This document shows positions 37,119 to 48,981 of a stretch of 64,000 nt of DNA, one piece after another. This DNA is from Caecitellus pseudoparvulus (taxonomy: Eukaryota > Protista > Bigyra: Bicosoecida). A program made the position numbers and the translations under genes. How positions within the stretch are numbered: position 1 is the first letter of the stretch; each line of letters starts with the position of its first letter. The notes below the pieces were generated by a model that was not told where the DNA came from, did not search any database, and was given only the letters and a program-made list of their open reading frames with translations. The DNA lies in NCBI GenBank assembly GCA_965644315.1, contig CBFFRQ010000080.1, positions 62,001-126,000 on the forward strand, given 5' to 3'.

Positions 37119-38534
37119 TCAATGTCGCTGTTGCTGCCGCAGCAGGAGCAGCTGGCGGCGGCCCCAACGCAGTCCTGTGCCATGCCACACAGCCTCCATG
37201 CGTTGCACAAGCAACGCAGGCACCTCTGGCCGCCTCCAGTCCTGCAAAGCCATGTGGACATCACATGGCCCCAGAAGGTGCACTCGAGCGGCGCGCTTGC
37301 CCTCCAGCCCGAGGAGGAGCTGCACCACTTCGGCACGCCCTTCTTGGCAGCTGAGGCGCAAGGCGCCCTCCTCCCCAGCGTGCACATCGACGGCACGAGC
37401 CCCTGTCAGCTCCAACAGCTGCTGCACGATGTGGACGTGCCCCTCGTGGCATGCACGTTGCAGTGCCTCATCCAGGGCGCCCTGCACAGGCGCTTCACGC
37501 GGAGGCTGCAGCGCCAGTAACAGCGCAACCACATCCCCATGACCTGCTGAGCATGCAAGCAAAAATGCATGTTCGACATGTGCATCCATGCGCACGGCTC
37601 TGTCGCCTGTCAGGGCCAGCAGCATGCGGACGACGTGCGCATGGCCACAGGCGCAGGCGGCAGCGAAGGCACCCTGCTCCATCGCGTGAACATTAACGGA
37701 CCTGGGGCCCTCAAGGTCCAACAATAGCTGAACAAGCTCACCATTTCCGTTCCCACACGCCGAGCGAAAGCCTTGGTCTCGCTGTGCATGTACATCCACC
37801 TCCTGACTGCCGGCGAGCCCCAGCAGCAGCTTCGCAACGCCCACCGCACCGGAATTGCAGGCAGCCCGGAAGGCGGCCTCCTGACCATCGTGCACATTCA
37901 CTCGGCGGCTGCCTTGCAGCTGCAGCAGCTCCCGCACCACTGCCTCGTGGCCACCAGCACACGCCTGCTTGAAGGCAGTGTGGATGCTCTTCACAGACAC
38001 CTGGCGCTCCCCGCTCAGCTGCAGCAGCAAGCAGGCAGCCTGGACGTGCCCCCCTCGACAGGCACGGACAAAGCACTCGCCCCCCAGGCGGCGCAGATCG
38101 ATGGCCCTGCCGCCCTGCAACTCCAGCAGGCGCTTCATGATGTCCGTGTGCCCTTCTTCGCATGCCAGCAGGAAGGGCTGCCCCGAGCATGCGTCGGCGG
38201 TGACACGGCGTGGCGTGGGGAGGGCCAGCAGCATATCCACGATGTCCAAGTGCCCACATTGACACGCCCAGCGGAAGGCGCGGTCATTGTCTGCACACAC
38301 ATCAACGGTGAGCCTGCCAGAGCAAGCCAGCAACTCTCGGACACAGTCGACGCTGCCCACTTCACACCCCTTCAGGAACGCTGAATACGCCCAATCCTGC
38401 AGATCATCATCTGAGTGCCCTGCCGCCTCCAGCTCCGCCAGCATGGCGTGCAACTGGTCCACGGCCCCAGCACACACCGCTTTGTGGAGTTGCTGTCCAA
38501 TTACCGCCTTCGGCAAGCTGCTGAGAAAGGCCAT
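37119..38534 (-). CDS. Ankyrin-repeat protein (~11 repeats), intronless
   Basis: Repeated unit V(D/N)VHA..E.AF..AC..GH..VV..LL.L.G.R of roughly 34-37 aa; ATG at 38534 (MAFLSSLPK). Confidence 0.9.
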   Translation of the reverse strand: MAFLSSLPKAVIGQQLHKAVCAGAVDQLHAMLAELEAAGHSDDDLQDWAYSAFLKGCEVGSVDCVRELLACSGRLTVDVCADNDRAFRWACQCGHLDIVDMLLALPTPRRVTADACSGQPFLLACEEGHTDIMKRLLELQGGRAIDLRRLGGECFVRACRGGHVQAACLLLQLSGERQVSVKSIHTAFKQACAGGHEAVVRELLQLQGSRRVNVHDGQEAAFRAACNSGAVGVAKLLLGLAGSQEVDVHAQRDQGFRSACGNGNGELVQLLLDLEGPRSVNVHAMEQGAFAAACACGHAHVVRMLLALTGDRAVRMDAHVEHAFLLACSAGHGDVVALLLALQPPREAPVQGALDEALQRACHEGHVHIVQQLLELTGARAVDVHAGEEGALRLSCQEGRAEVVQLLLGLEGKRAARVHLLGPCDVHMALQDWRRPEVPALLVQRMEAVWHGTGLRWGRRQLLLLRQQQRH

Positions 38535-38655
38535 CCTGACTGAACAGCACCGAATTCTGTACCAATGAACACGGCAAAGCACACACAAGCTCTGTAGATA
38601 TCCCATGCATGTAGTTCTGGTGTGTGTAGATTCGTATTGTACAAGCAAGGAAGGT

Positions 38656-38671
38656 GGTGTTGAGTAACACC
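38656..38671 (-). promoter_or_regulatory. Histone 3' UTR stem-loop (H2B)
   Basis: Sense sequence CCACCACCCCCAAC-GGTGTT-ACTC-AACACC-ACCTT, about 79 nt after the stop. Confidence 0.88.
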
Positions 38672-38749
38672 GTTGGGGGTGGTGGATGTGCCAGTGAAAG
38701 GAGGGGCGACTTGCTCCCCCCACTCCACTGCACGGGGAAGTCCAGACGC

Positions 38750-39103
38750 TTAGGCGGAGGTGAACTTGGTCACAGCCTTGGTGCCCTCGGACACGGCGTG
38801 CTTGGCCAGCTCACCAGGCAGCACCAGGCGCACGGCGGTCTGCACCTCGCGGGAGGACAGGGTGGCCTTCTTGTTGTAGCGGGCCAGGGAAGCGGCCTCG
38901 GCGCACACGCGGTCAAAGACGTCGTTGATGAAGGAGTTCATGATGCCCATGCCCTTCTTGGAGATGCCGATCTCGGGGTGCACCTGCTTCAGCACGCGGT
39001 AGATGTAGGTGGAGTAGCTCTCCACGCGCTTCTTCTTGGAGCCAGTGGAGGCGGAGGACTTGCCGGCCTTCTTGGCGGACTTCTTGGAAGGGGTCTTGGC
39101 CAT
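38750..39103 (-). CDS. H2B: Histone H2B
   Basis: [45 protein letters not shown]; intronless. Confidence 0.99.
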   Translation of the reverse strand: MAKTPSKKSAKKAGKSSASTGSKKKRVESYSTYIYRVLKQVHPEIGISKKGMGIMNSFINDVFDRVCAEAASLARYNKKATLSSREVQTAVRLVLPGELAKHAVSEGTKAVTKFTSA

Positions 39104-39565
39104 GGTGACGGGTGGGGGTTGTGTGACACGGGGAAGTGAGCACTGGGGTGTTGGGAAGCGTGTGTGATAGAGGTGGGTGGAGAGCGTGATGTGGGCAGGC
39201 GAGGGAGTGTGGGTGGAGGTGGGCGGGAGTGTGCTGTGTGCACTGCGCCACATGCACTGCTCGGTCACTGACATGCATGCACACCAGGCGCATCGGCCAC
39301 ACATGTTCTGGAGTTCATGTGCAATGTAGACATGTGTGGTTGACATGCAATATCCAGTGAGCGCATCACACAGTCTGGGCTAGTCCCATGCATGTGCTCC
39401 AGCAGCACACATGCACACCCCGCCAGCCCCGTCAGCTGCGCGGCCAGTCGCCGCACGCAGCACACTTGCCCCGCCCAAGCCACTATCAATCTTCCCCACC
39501 AACTCACCACGCATCATCAGCATCGTCACGTTGTGACCACCGCACACACACACACCTCATCCAAC
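39104..39565. promoter_or_regulatory. Bidirectional H2B/H2A promoter region
   Basis: Lies between divergent ATGs. Contains a dense cluster of CATG/CATGCA words and CA-rich leaders. Confidence 0.7.
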
Positions 39566-39937
39566 ATGTCTGGCAAGGGCAAGGGCGGCCGCGGCAAGGG
39601 CAAGGGTGGCAAGTCCACCTCCCGCTCCGCCAAGGCTGGTCTGCAGTTCCCCGTGGGCCGTGTCGCTCGGTACATGCGCAACCAGCGTGTGGCCTCCCGC
39701 ATCGGCGCGGGTGCCCCCGTGTACCTGGCCGCTGTCCTGGAGTACCTGGCCGCTGAGATCCTGGAGCTGGCTGGCAACGCCGCTCGTGACAACAAGAAGA
39801 GCCGCATCATCCCCCGCCACGTGCAGCTGGCTGTGCGCAACGACGAGGAGCTGAACAAGCTGCTGGCTGGCGTCACCATCGCGTCTGGTGGTGTGCTGCC
39901 CAACATCCACTCTCAGCTGCTGCCCAAGAAGAAGTAA
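39566..39937 (+). CDS. H2A: Histone H2A (canonical, no SQ motif)
   Basis: [38 protein letters not shown]; intronless. Confidence 0.99.
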   Translation: MSGKGKGGRGKGKGGKSTSRSAKAGLQFPVGRVARYMRNQRVASRIGAGAPVYLAAVLEYLAAEILELAGNAARDNKKSRIIPRHVQLAVRNDEELNKLLAGVTIASGGVLPNIHSQLLPKKK

Positions 39938-40010
39938 GCGAGCAGGCTGCTTCGTGCTGTGGCGTCGGCAGGGTCCATCCTGTCGTCTGTGCACAGCAAC
40001 CACCCCCAAC

Positions 40011-40026
40011 GGTGTTACTCAACACC
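40011..40026 (+). promoter_or_regulatory. Histone 3' UTR stem-loop (H2A)
   Basis: CAACCACCCCCAAC-GGTGTT-ACTC-AACACC-ACCAG, about 74 nt after the stop. Confidence 0.88.
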
Positions 40027-40235
40027 ACCAGTATGACGATGTGGGTAGATGTGCGGTTTTGAAATGAATTGCTGTTGTGTGCGTGGGGCTTGGAGGCCTG
40101 GCTGTGCATGATGCGTTGAGGTCACAGCCAGGCAGGGTTGAGCACTTGCAGCGGAGTGCAAGCGCGCACCACGTGCAGGGTGCATTGATCCAGACCTGCC
40201 CAGCAAGCCAAGCGTGTGGTGGTGCATGTGAAGGT

Positions 40236-40251
40236 GGTGTTGAGGAACACC
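40236..40251 (-). promoter_or_regulatory. Histone 3' UTR stem-loop (H4)
   Basis: Sense sequence CCACCACCCCAAC-GGTGTT-CCTC-AACACC-ACCTT, about 79 nt after the stop. Confidence 0.88.
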
Positions 40252-40329
40252 GTTGGGGTGGTGGGGCGGCGCAGTGCGCGAGCACACACGCCGCCTGGCA
40301 GGCAAGCCCTGCCACGGGAAGCAGTCCGC

Positions 40330-41365
<1,036 letters not shown>

Positions 41366-41413
41366 ATGCTGCGCAGCCTTGCGGCGCAGGCTTTGCCTGC
41401 CCACCACCCCCAC

Positions 41414-41429
41414 GGTGTTACTCAACACC
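41414..41429 (+). promoter_or_regulatory. Histone 3' UTR stem-loop (H3)
   Basis: CCACCACCCCCAC-GGTGTT-ACTC-AACACC-ACCAA, about 49 nt after the stop. Confidence 0.88.
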
Positions 41430-41525
41430 ACCAATGACTCTTGCACTGTGGCTTGCACTGCATCTTGTCTGTGAACGGGCAAGGGACACCCATGTGCATT
41501 CGCTTTGCCAGTGAACTGGAGCAGG

Positions 41526-42536
41526 TCAAGCCATGGCACACAGCAAGTGCAAGAGTGACGGAGCTTGAAGGTGTCCCCACCACCCAGAATCCCAGCCGCC
41601 TTTGCTGGGACCGAGGAGGATGCCTGAAGCCACGCCAAGCCACAGGCGCTGCCCTCCTGCGTCACTTGTCACAGCCAGGTGGGAGATGTGTCGCTGCCTG
41701 GCAAGGGCTTGTGTCACCTGCACAGCTTCCGTGAGGGGCAGGAACCTTCCTCCGAAGCCAAGAAGCTGGCTGCCGGCTGCTGTGTCCCCCATCCATCCGT
41801 CACGGACCAGCCAGACAGCTAATGAGCGCGGCGGAATGCAGAAGCCGAGACGCTTGTGGGCTGATGCCAACACACTTGCCGTTGCGCCAGGCTGACCAAT
41901 CGAGGAGTGTGAGAGGCTCAAGTGAACATCGTAGGCATCCCAGGCACGTCTTGCTAGCACTATATGAGCTGCATGCTCAGCGATTAATGCCGTAGCCGGC
42001 AGCAGGGGTCCAGCTGGCTGTGGGTCTGTTTGGCCGGACGTTTCATGCTCGTTTCGTGCCGTGCACAGGAGAGCACGGAGAGCAGGAAAGGCAGCCAACA
42101 GCTCGCGTTCGACAAGGCCGCTCCGCATAATATAGGTAAAACAGTACTTGCTGACCATGCTGACCCGTAGCCAATCTGTGACGTCAACCATCGCCGGTCG
42201 CAGCAGCATGCCTGCCAGGAGAAGGCCGCCACAGTGTCTGGAGGGAGGGACGGTGGGCGATGCCTTAGGACTGCGCTCCCAGCCATGCAGGCGCAAGCTG
42301 CGCCAGCGTGCTCGGCCAAGGAGCAGCCTTGGCTTGTTTGGAAACAGTGGGCTGACTTCTTGCTCTTGGGAGCCGCGCACCCAAACAGGCGTGTTTTCCT
42401 GACATGGAGGCGCGAAGCTCCCGCCGCACTGCTTGATTTGCGAAGCCTGCCCTTCCCCAGCCACCCCTGAGCCGCTCAGGCACCGCCGGGGTTGACAGGC
42501 CATGCACATACACGGGTGTGGACACCATTGCTGCAA
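41526..42536 (-). CDS. Hypothetical protein, or distal exon(s) of the gene upstream on the minus strand
   Basis: 336-aa ORF with no recognisable motif; start uncertain. Confidence 0.3.
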   Translation of the reverse strand: MQQWCPHPCMCMACQPRRCLSGSGVAGEGQASQIKQCGGSFAPPCQENTPVWVRGSQEQEVSPLFPNKPRLLLGRARWRSLRLHGWERSPKASPTVPPSRHCGGLLLAGMLLRPAMVDVTDWLRVSMVSKYCFTYIMRSGLVERELLAAFPALRALLCTARNEHETSGQTDPQPAGPLLPATALIAEHAAHIVLARRAWDAYDVHLSLSHSSIGQPGATASVLASAHKRLGFCIPPRSLAVWLVRDGWMGDTAAGSQLLGFGGRFLPLTEAVQVTQALARQRHISHLAVTSDAGGQRLWLGVASGILLGPSKGGWDSGWWGHLQAPSLLHLLCAMA

Positions 42537-42563
42537 GGTAGAGTGTACCCTGCCACATGCAAC

Positions 42564-45500
42564 TCATTGAATTGTGCAGGAGCAACCTGTGCTCGCAAGG
42601 TCTGATTGCCTGTACCACGCCTCCAGCTCCGTGCAGTGCAAGTCACGGCTGGCAGAATTGCTGGAGGACTTGGCTTGCGGGCACCGGGCATGGTACTCGT
42701 TGCATAGTGCCCACGCAAGGAAGCGAGATGACTGCAGCAAGTGAGGCTCTGCTTGCCTTTTGGCCAGCATATCCGGCGGAATCGCCGCCCCTTCCTCGCC
42801 ATGCCGCACGACGAACGCCTTGACATGCTGCCGCCCCTGCATATCCCACAAGACAGCTAGGAGCCAGACACCAAGACTTTGCAGCTGCAGGTGGCCTGGG
42901 AAGCGTGCCACAGCCTGGGTGACGACAGCACGGGCTGCCGCGTACCCTGACTCTGACCACTCTCGACGCTGGGTAAAGTTGGTCATGATGCTGAGGCAGG
43001 TGTGCAATGTGCTGGGTTGCAGGGGCTGAGAAGCAGCGACGCTTTGGGCAAAGTTGAACAGCTCTGCGTGTGGGCGCAGTCGTTGGTTGAGGAGGGAGGG
43101 ATTGCGACTCAGGATGGGGTTGCCCAAGACAGCCTTGATGAGGGCATCGTACATAAAGATGGACTCTTGCACCAAGGGTGGGACGAATTTGAAGCCGGAC
43201 TGCCCCGACCCAACAAGTTGGCCCCAAAGGTCCACCCAGTCAAATCTGGCTGCAAAGTCAGCCAGCACACTCTGCATGATGTGCAAGGAGCGGGTGATGG
43301 GGCGCCCACCGGAAGTGAGCCAAGCATGGCGAGTGGAGAGGGTACGGTATGTTTCCCCCATGACTTCTCGGAGGGTGCGCTGCAATGCAGCAGCTGCGAC
43401 CTGCCCAATCGGACGGGCAGTCGGCTGGTGCTGCAGGCGAAGCAACGTGTCGCTCCCCGCAGCAGGAAGCGGGGCGCCCCTGCCAGGCACGACTGCGGAT
43501 GCCGCAGGCCGAGCTTCGAAGGTGAGCCCAACGCAAGACATGGACAGCAGCTGTGGTGTGTCAGGGCCTGGCTTTGTTGGTTCTTTCTGAGCTGCCGCAC
43601 CTCCCAGCTGCGAGGCTTCAGGCTTTAATGTGATGGGGATGCCAGTCGGCTTCACTGCAAAGTCGAACTCCACCATGCTCACATGCACACACCAGACGCT
43701 GTCCAGGCTGGGTGGCTGAGGTAAATGCACCCCTGCTCGAGAAAATGTGGACCGGCGCGCCATGTCCCGGTCTTCTCCCCCCATGAGCCGGTTAGACTGA
43801 CTCCAGCTGACAGGGGACCCCGCTCCCTCTTGCTCGCCGTCTTTCGTCTCGTCAACGGGCACCAATCGAGCGCTGCGCCTGGCCATGGCCAGTTTGGCAG
43901 CCTGAGCCCCCGAAGCAGTGGCGCCCAGGGCTTGAGGCTGGGAGGTTTGCCGCGTAAGCGTGCCCTTCAGCGTATCTGCCGTTGTGGGCACCGCCACCAG
44001 CCCCATAGCGTGGTAAGAGGGCGGTGGGACGGGGCGGAAGAGCACAACTGGCGGGGATGCGTCTTCGAGGACGCCAGCCACCTCCCAGTCCACTGGGTGG
44101 GCCAATGCGGGGGCCAATTCAGTCCACTCACCCCATGAGGAGGTGCTGCCAACTGCCAAGTTGCTGTGCTTGCCGATGTCGCCCTCAGCAGCACTGCCGG
44201 CGGCTGCGGCAGCTGCACTTGATTGCGGCATGCGCCCCCACAGGTGCTGCAGGCGAAACACTGTTGGGAGTGGTGGTGCTGCAATGTGTGGAATGCCAGG
44301 GCCGTCTCCGCTGCCCCAAGACTGGGGTGGTGCCTCGCCAAGTGTTCTGCGCGAGTCCATAGAAGCGCCACCTCCTCCCTGCACCAGCAGACCCGGTTGG
44401 GTTGGATTCAGCAGGGGCCCAACATTGACATCTGTGTACGCAAGAGGAAGCAATGCGAAAGGTAGCGCAAAACGGAGGCGCGCTCGCACCAACTTCGCTG
44501 ACTCACTGTTCAGGGCAGCACAGTACTGCTGTATGGTGGGTGTGGCCGCTGCTGATGCCCTTGGCAGCCCGCTTGGAGAAGCCCAACCAGTTGTGGCCAA
44601 CATCTCAAGGACGTCCTTGCGAACAAGCATGTGGCCAAGGGGAGCGTAGTGGCTCCACTGCGGCAGTTGGCCGTCTGGTAAGCTGTCGGCACAAGCAGGT
44701 AGGGGTCGGCGCCACTGCTGCTGATCTGCAAAGCGCAAGGGCAGCTCGCCCACGGCTTGTTCATGGCGAGCACGAGCTGAATCAGTGCGCGGCTGCAGCA
44801 TGCTTGACTTTACTGCTTGTGGGGAGATGGAGGAGGAAGGGTCGGCGTCTCGAGCAGTGCGGGGAACAAACACGCCTGCGCCCAGCATGTCGCCAGTGGG
44901 GGCGAGAATGTAGTAGTCTCCGGTACATGAGACAATGTCTGCGCCACAGACCCCCGTGAGCAGTCGAGACTCTAGAGGAGCAACAAATGTGGGGGCAAGG
45001 GCCATGGTGGCGCTAAAGTCCACCTGCACTGCAGCGTCCGCAGCCTCTGCAGGCATGCGGGTGCCTTTCACCAAAGTTGCGGCTTCTGCGCTTGGAGCTC
45101 GGGGCGCCAAGTGGGCGTGTGAAATGTCCAACGCCAGCCCGAACCCCCCCGTGGCAGCCCGGAGCAAGGTGTACACAAGCTGCAGGGAGCGCTCAATTTC
45201 CTCAACCTCCTCCAAAGTTGTTGCCCGCAAGCGCCTGCTGCGGTCTGGGTCCTCGTCCAGCATACGCGTTGCAGTGGCTTCTCTGCGCGGAAGAGAAAAG
45301 TAGAGTGCAGGGTGGGGGAACTGAAGAGGCACCTTGTCCACTATCTTACGTGTATCCGAGCACTGCCCCCCGACTGGCCATGTGCCCGAGGTGGTGGTAC
45401 AGGCTCTCGTGCCACAGGGGCCGAACAGCTCGCAAGGCAGGCACCGTGGGCACAGGCGTGTGAAAGGCAAAGGCCCCAAAGCAAACATTGTACAGCAGCT

Positions 45501-47236
45501 GCAAGGCAGCTTTCTGCGCCCGAGCCACAGCTAGGTTGGAAGCTTTCAGCAGCGTTCGGCTCACTGCCTCGCTGTCCCGGCCAAGGAGAGCAGCGACGAA
45601 GCCTGAAAGCAGAGCAGAGAGGGGGACAGCTTCAGCGATGGCTGGCGTCGGGGCTCTGTTTAGAGACGAAAGCAAGTGGCACGCGTGCATGGCAACTCCA
45701 AGGGCGATTTCTGCGGGGGGCTGCTGCATCAGAGTCGAAACGTAGGTGATGATGGTGTCCACAACGACTTGGGCGTCCTCCCCAGAGAGAGTTCCTGTGA
45801 TGCTTGTGTCATTCAGCATGGCTCCCAATGCACTCCAGGCCATCATGTGCACAGGAATGCTTCCCGCAGCATCAGAGCTTGCTCTGTGTGGGAACGCCAC
45901 CCCTGGGCTGTGTGAGGCAGTTCGAAGCAATGCGGCCGTGAGGTCCTTCACAGCCACAGGGCGATCTGCCACTCGAGTCAAGGACATAGCTGTGGGGATG
46001 AGTGTAAGCAGCTGGTACAGGACAGGGCTGTCTTCCCGCCGCTGCAGCGCTGCCAGGAGTGCCGCTGCGATACTGCTGCCCCCCTGCGCTGCATCCAGTG
46101 CCATCTGCGCCGCCGTCCAGGCATCATGAAGGGACCGCATTTCTGGGTTAGATGAAGCGCTGTCGGTTGCAGTGATGGATGTAATACGCCCGCCCACGCG
46201 AGCCAGGCTGGCAGTCAGGTCCTCCCACACAAGCCCCTCCCCTTGGGCTGGAGGCGTCATGTACCGCACGTGCAAGCGCAGCAGGCGCAGCAGGTCTGTC
46301 AAGATGCTCACAGGGTGGGGATCAGGCAAGACCCACCCTTCTCGCTCTTCACCTACCGCCCCTGAGACGACGTGAATGGTCTCCAGCACCTGTGACAACC
46401 CGACAGCGGAGCCATTTACGGCAAGCGGCACATGGACTCCACCCAACGCGGCACGCAGCTCTGGAGAGGGCGGAGGATTAGATGGACCGCTTGTCCAGGT
46501 ACGAGAAATTGCATCCAAGGCCCTTGGGGCATGAGACGTGGCCTGTAAAATTGCGCTTGCCAACGCTTGCCCCGTCGGGTTGGCGGTCAGCTCGGGGCTT
46601 GGGGGACACGCCGGCGGTTTCACCTTGTGCTTCGCAAAGGAACACTGCACACACTCAGGGGCATACGGCGAATTTTCAACGAAGCATCGGGAGCAAATCC
46701 AACTGCGGAAGGGAAGGTGAAAGGCCCGCTTGGGCAGTGCGTTGAATCGAACGCGGCACACAACTCAGCGTGCGGCAGCGATCAACTCACGGGCGCATGA
46801 GGGCAGACCATGAAGCTTGACCAAGGGTGGTGATCAAATGGCGTAGCTTCTCTGCATCTTCGGCACTTGGAGCTTCCTGGTGCAGGTTGGACAGTAGTGT
46901 GTGCACTGCCTTCAGCACGAGACCGATATCTTGCGTGAAGAGGGCAATGTTCAAGCAACTGGTAACTTGCCTCCACAAGGCAGCCCCCCCTTCATCTCCT
47001 CTCAGGTGAGTAGCTGGAGCGAAAGCGGCCACAAGCGCACCGCTGGGAGAGGCACTGCCCACATTTGACGGGCTGGCCAGCTGCTGCAGTGCACCAGTGG
47101 CAGCGCTGGACAGCTCAGGCCCTGCAGATGCAGCCACAGCAGTGAGCAGACTTGAAACCAACGATGCGACATCCATCGATTGTGATTCATGCTCTTGTGG
47201 GGGGTCCCCTCCAAAGGGGAGAGCGGAGACAGCCAT
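42564..47236 (-). CDS. Large uncharacterised protein with a RanBP2-type zinc finger, helical repeats and Vps62/DUF946-like motifs; introns 46703-46790 and 45283-45349; 3' end uncertain
   Basis: Three ORFs join in frame through GTGAGT..CGCAG (LMRPWICSRCFVEN..ECVQC) and GTAAGA..CGCAG (GYTEATATR). Motifs YAPLGH and FRPVPPPSYHAMGLV..PSLDSVWCVH. Confidence 0.65.
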
Positions 47237-47452
47237 GGAGAGCTGAGCGTGTTGGGCGGGCAAATCACAGGTATTGGCGCTGGCGCTGTGTGGAGCAAAG
47301 GCACCTGTGTCCTGCGAGCTCCAACACAAGAGACATAGGGGATTTCAAAACACAGGCGTGGGTGGAGGGCTGTATCGCAAGTGTATTTTGTGCCTGTCCG
47401 GATGCTCTGCGCCATGGTACGGACTGGCAACCGTGTGCAGCAAGAAGCCGAC

Positions 47453-48844
47453 TTAGTAGTCCTCCTCCTCCTCCTCTTCCTCCGCAACTTTGCCCTCATC
47501 CGGATCCTCCTTCACGTCCTCCGCCTCGACCAGTTCTTTGCCTTCTTCCTGGGAGGCAAAGTAGTCAACCTCCACCGCCCCAGGCAGCATCGGCTCGAAG
47601 CGCTGCACAGTGGCAGCGACACCATACCCAACGTACATGTTCACATAGCGCTTGCCAAGCCCGACAGCAACTGCACCTGGCCACTTCAGCGACTTGGCAG
47701 CTGCAAGGACAGTTGTTTCGTCACCGCCAGCTGGGGGTCCAGTGCTGGGGCACGAGCGCACAGCCCAGAGAGGGCTGGGCTCGCTGTCATCATCCTCTGG
47801 CTCGGTGACATCTTCGGCAATGGCAGCCAGCAGCGTTGGTGGCTCGGGAGCATCCTCGTCTGGAATGGGCTCCCCCTCCTCGTCCAAGGCAGGCGGGTTG
47901 GGTGTCACACGACCCAGGACATTGATTGGTGCAGTGGCATGCACCCAGTTCGCAGCGTCGGTCAGGTCAACAGGCTCAAAGGGCTCCTCTTCTTCATCAG
48001 CAACTTCAATGTCGTACGTCTCCTCTTCTTCGCTGGCCTTGAAGATGCCAGCGGGGGCGATGACTGTGTCGGCCGAGATGCGCGCGATGACAGCTCGCAG
48101 GAACGCCGCCTCCGTGCCAGGGAAAGGTGGGTGCCCACCCACTGCCGCTTGCAGGCTGCCTGTGAAGTACCGCTTGATCTGGCCAGCAATGACCACTTGC
48201 TGAGGTGTAACGTTGGGAAGCTTGGTCCACTGGCCGCCAGCGTGGGAGGCAACAAAGTAGGTGTGCTTGTTGACGCCCTCACCACCTCGCTCGATGGTGC
48301 TGCCTGTAGCATCCACTGCGCCCTCCTCCAGGTCGTCCTCGCCCTCCATCACGCACTCTGCGACGTAGTAGTCACCCTGGAGCCCAAGGATCTTGCCCCA
48401 CAGCCGCAGCTGCTGCACAGGCTGCGCGGCCGCCAGTCGCTTGAGGCTGGCATGCAGCCTGAAGGTCTCTGTGCGGCCCAAGGAAACGCCCGCCCACTCC
48501 AGGTAATTCGCGTCGTCAGTCAAGTTCTGCACCGGCTCCCCAGCCTCCTCCTCCTCCCCTGGCACAAACAGCTCCAGTCCCCCTTTGGCCCACGCCAGCG
48601 CTTGCTCTTGAGATGCTGCTGCTTCAGCAGCGGCCCCTGCACCGGCTGGCGTCGGCGCGCCGGTCCCTGCGCCTGTGCTTGCTTTGACCATGGCCGAGAC
48701 GTGCTCAAAGGCAGCCAAGGCATCGCCTGGCTGCTCTGTGATCAACTTCAAAACTACCTCCTTCATGTGATCATACACGCTGCTCTCCCCTGCCTTCGTC
48801 TGCAGGAATGCCTGCGCAGCCTCAAAGTCCGACAGACCAGACAT
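47453..48844 (-). CDS. RSPH4: Flagellar radial spoke head protein 4/6 family
   Basis: SVYDHMKEVVLKLI, LEWAGVSLG, LRLWGKILGLQGDYYVAE, WTKLPNVTPQQV, KRYFTGSL, FLRAVIARISADT, KSLKWPGA and NMYVGYG motifs; acidic tail. Confidence 0.93.
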   Translation of the reverse strand: MSGLSDFEAAQAFLQTKAGESSVYDHMKEVVLKLITEQPGDALAAFEHVSAMVKASTGAGTGAPTPAGAGAAAEAAASQEQALAWAKGGLELFVPGEEEEAGEPVQNLTDDANYLEWAGVSLGRTETFRLHASLKRLAAAQPVQQLRLWGKILGLQGDYYVAECVMEGEDDLEEGAVDATGSTIERGGEGVNKHTYFVASHAGGQWTKLPNVTPQQVVIAGQIKRYFTGSLQAAVGGHPPFPGTEAAFLRAVIARISADTVIAPAGIFKASEEEETYDIEVADEEEEPFEPVDLTDAANWVHATAPINVLGRVTPNPPALDEEGEPIPDEDAPEPPTLLAAIAEDVTEPEDDDSEPSPLWAVRSCPSTGPPAGGDETTVLAAAKSLKWPGAVAVGLGKRYVNMYVGYGVAATVQRFEPMLPGAVEVDYFASQEEGKELVEAEDVKEDPDEGKVAEEEEEEEDY

Positions 48845-48981
48845 GATGCGGAATTTGCTTGCACAGCCTCGCGATTGCCAGCCTACTTCGACGTCAAGGT
48901 GGCACGGGGCATACAAGGGGAGCCACAGAAGTTGCTGCACAACCGTTCAGCGGAGCCTGTTTGGTTCTGGGGTTTGGGAAT

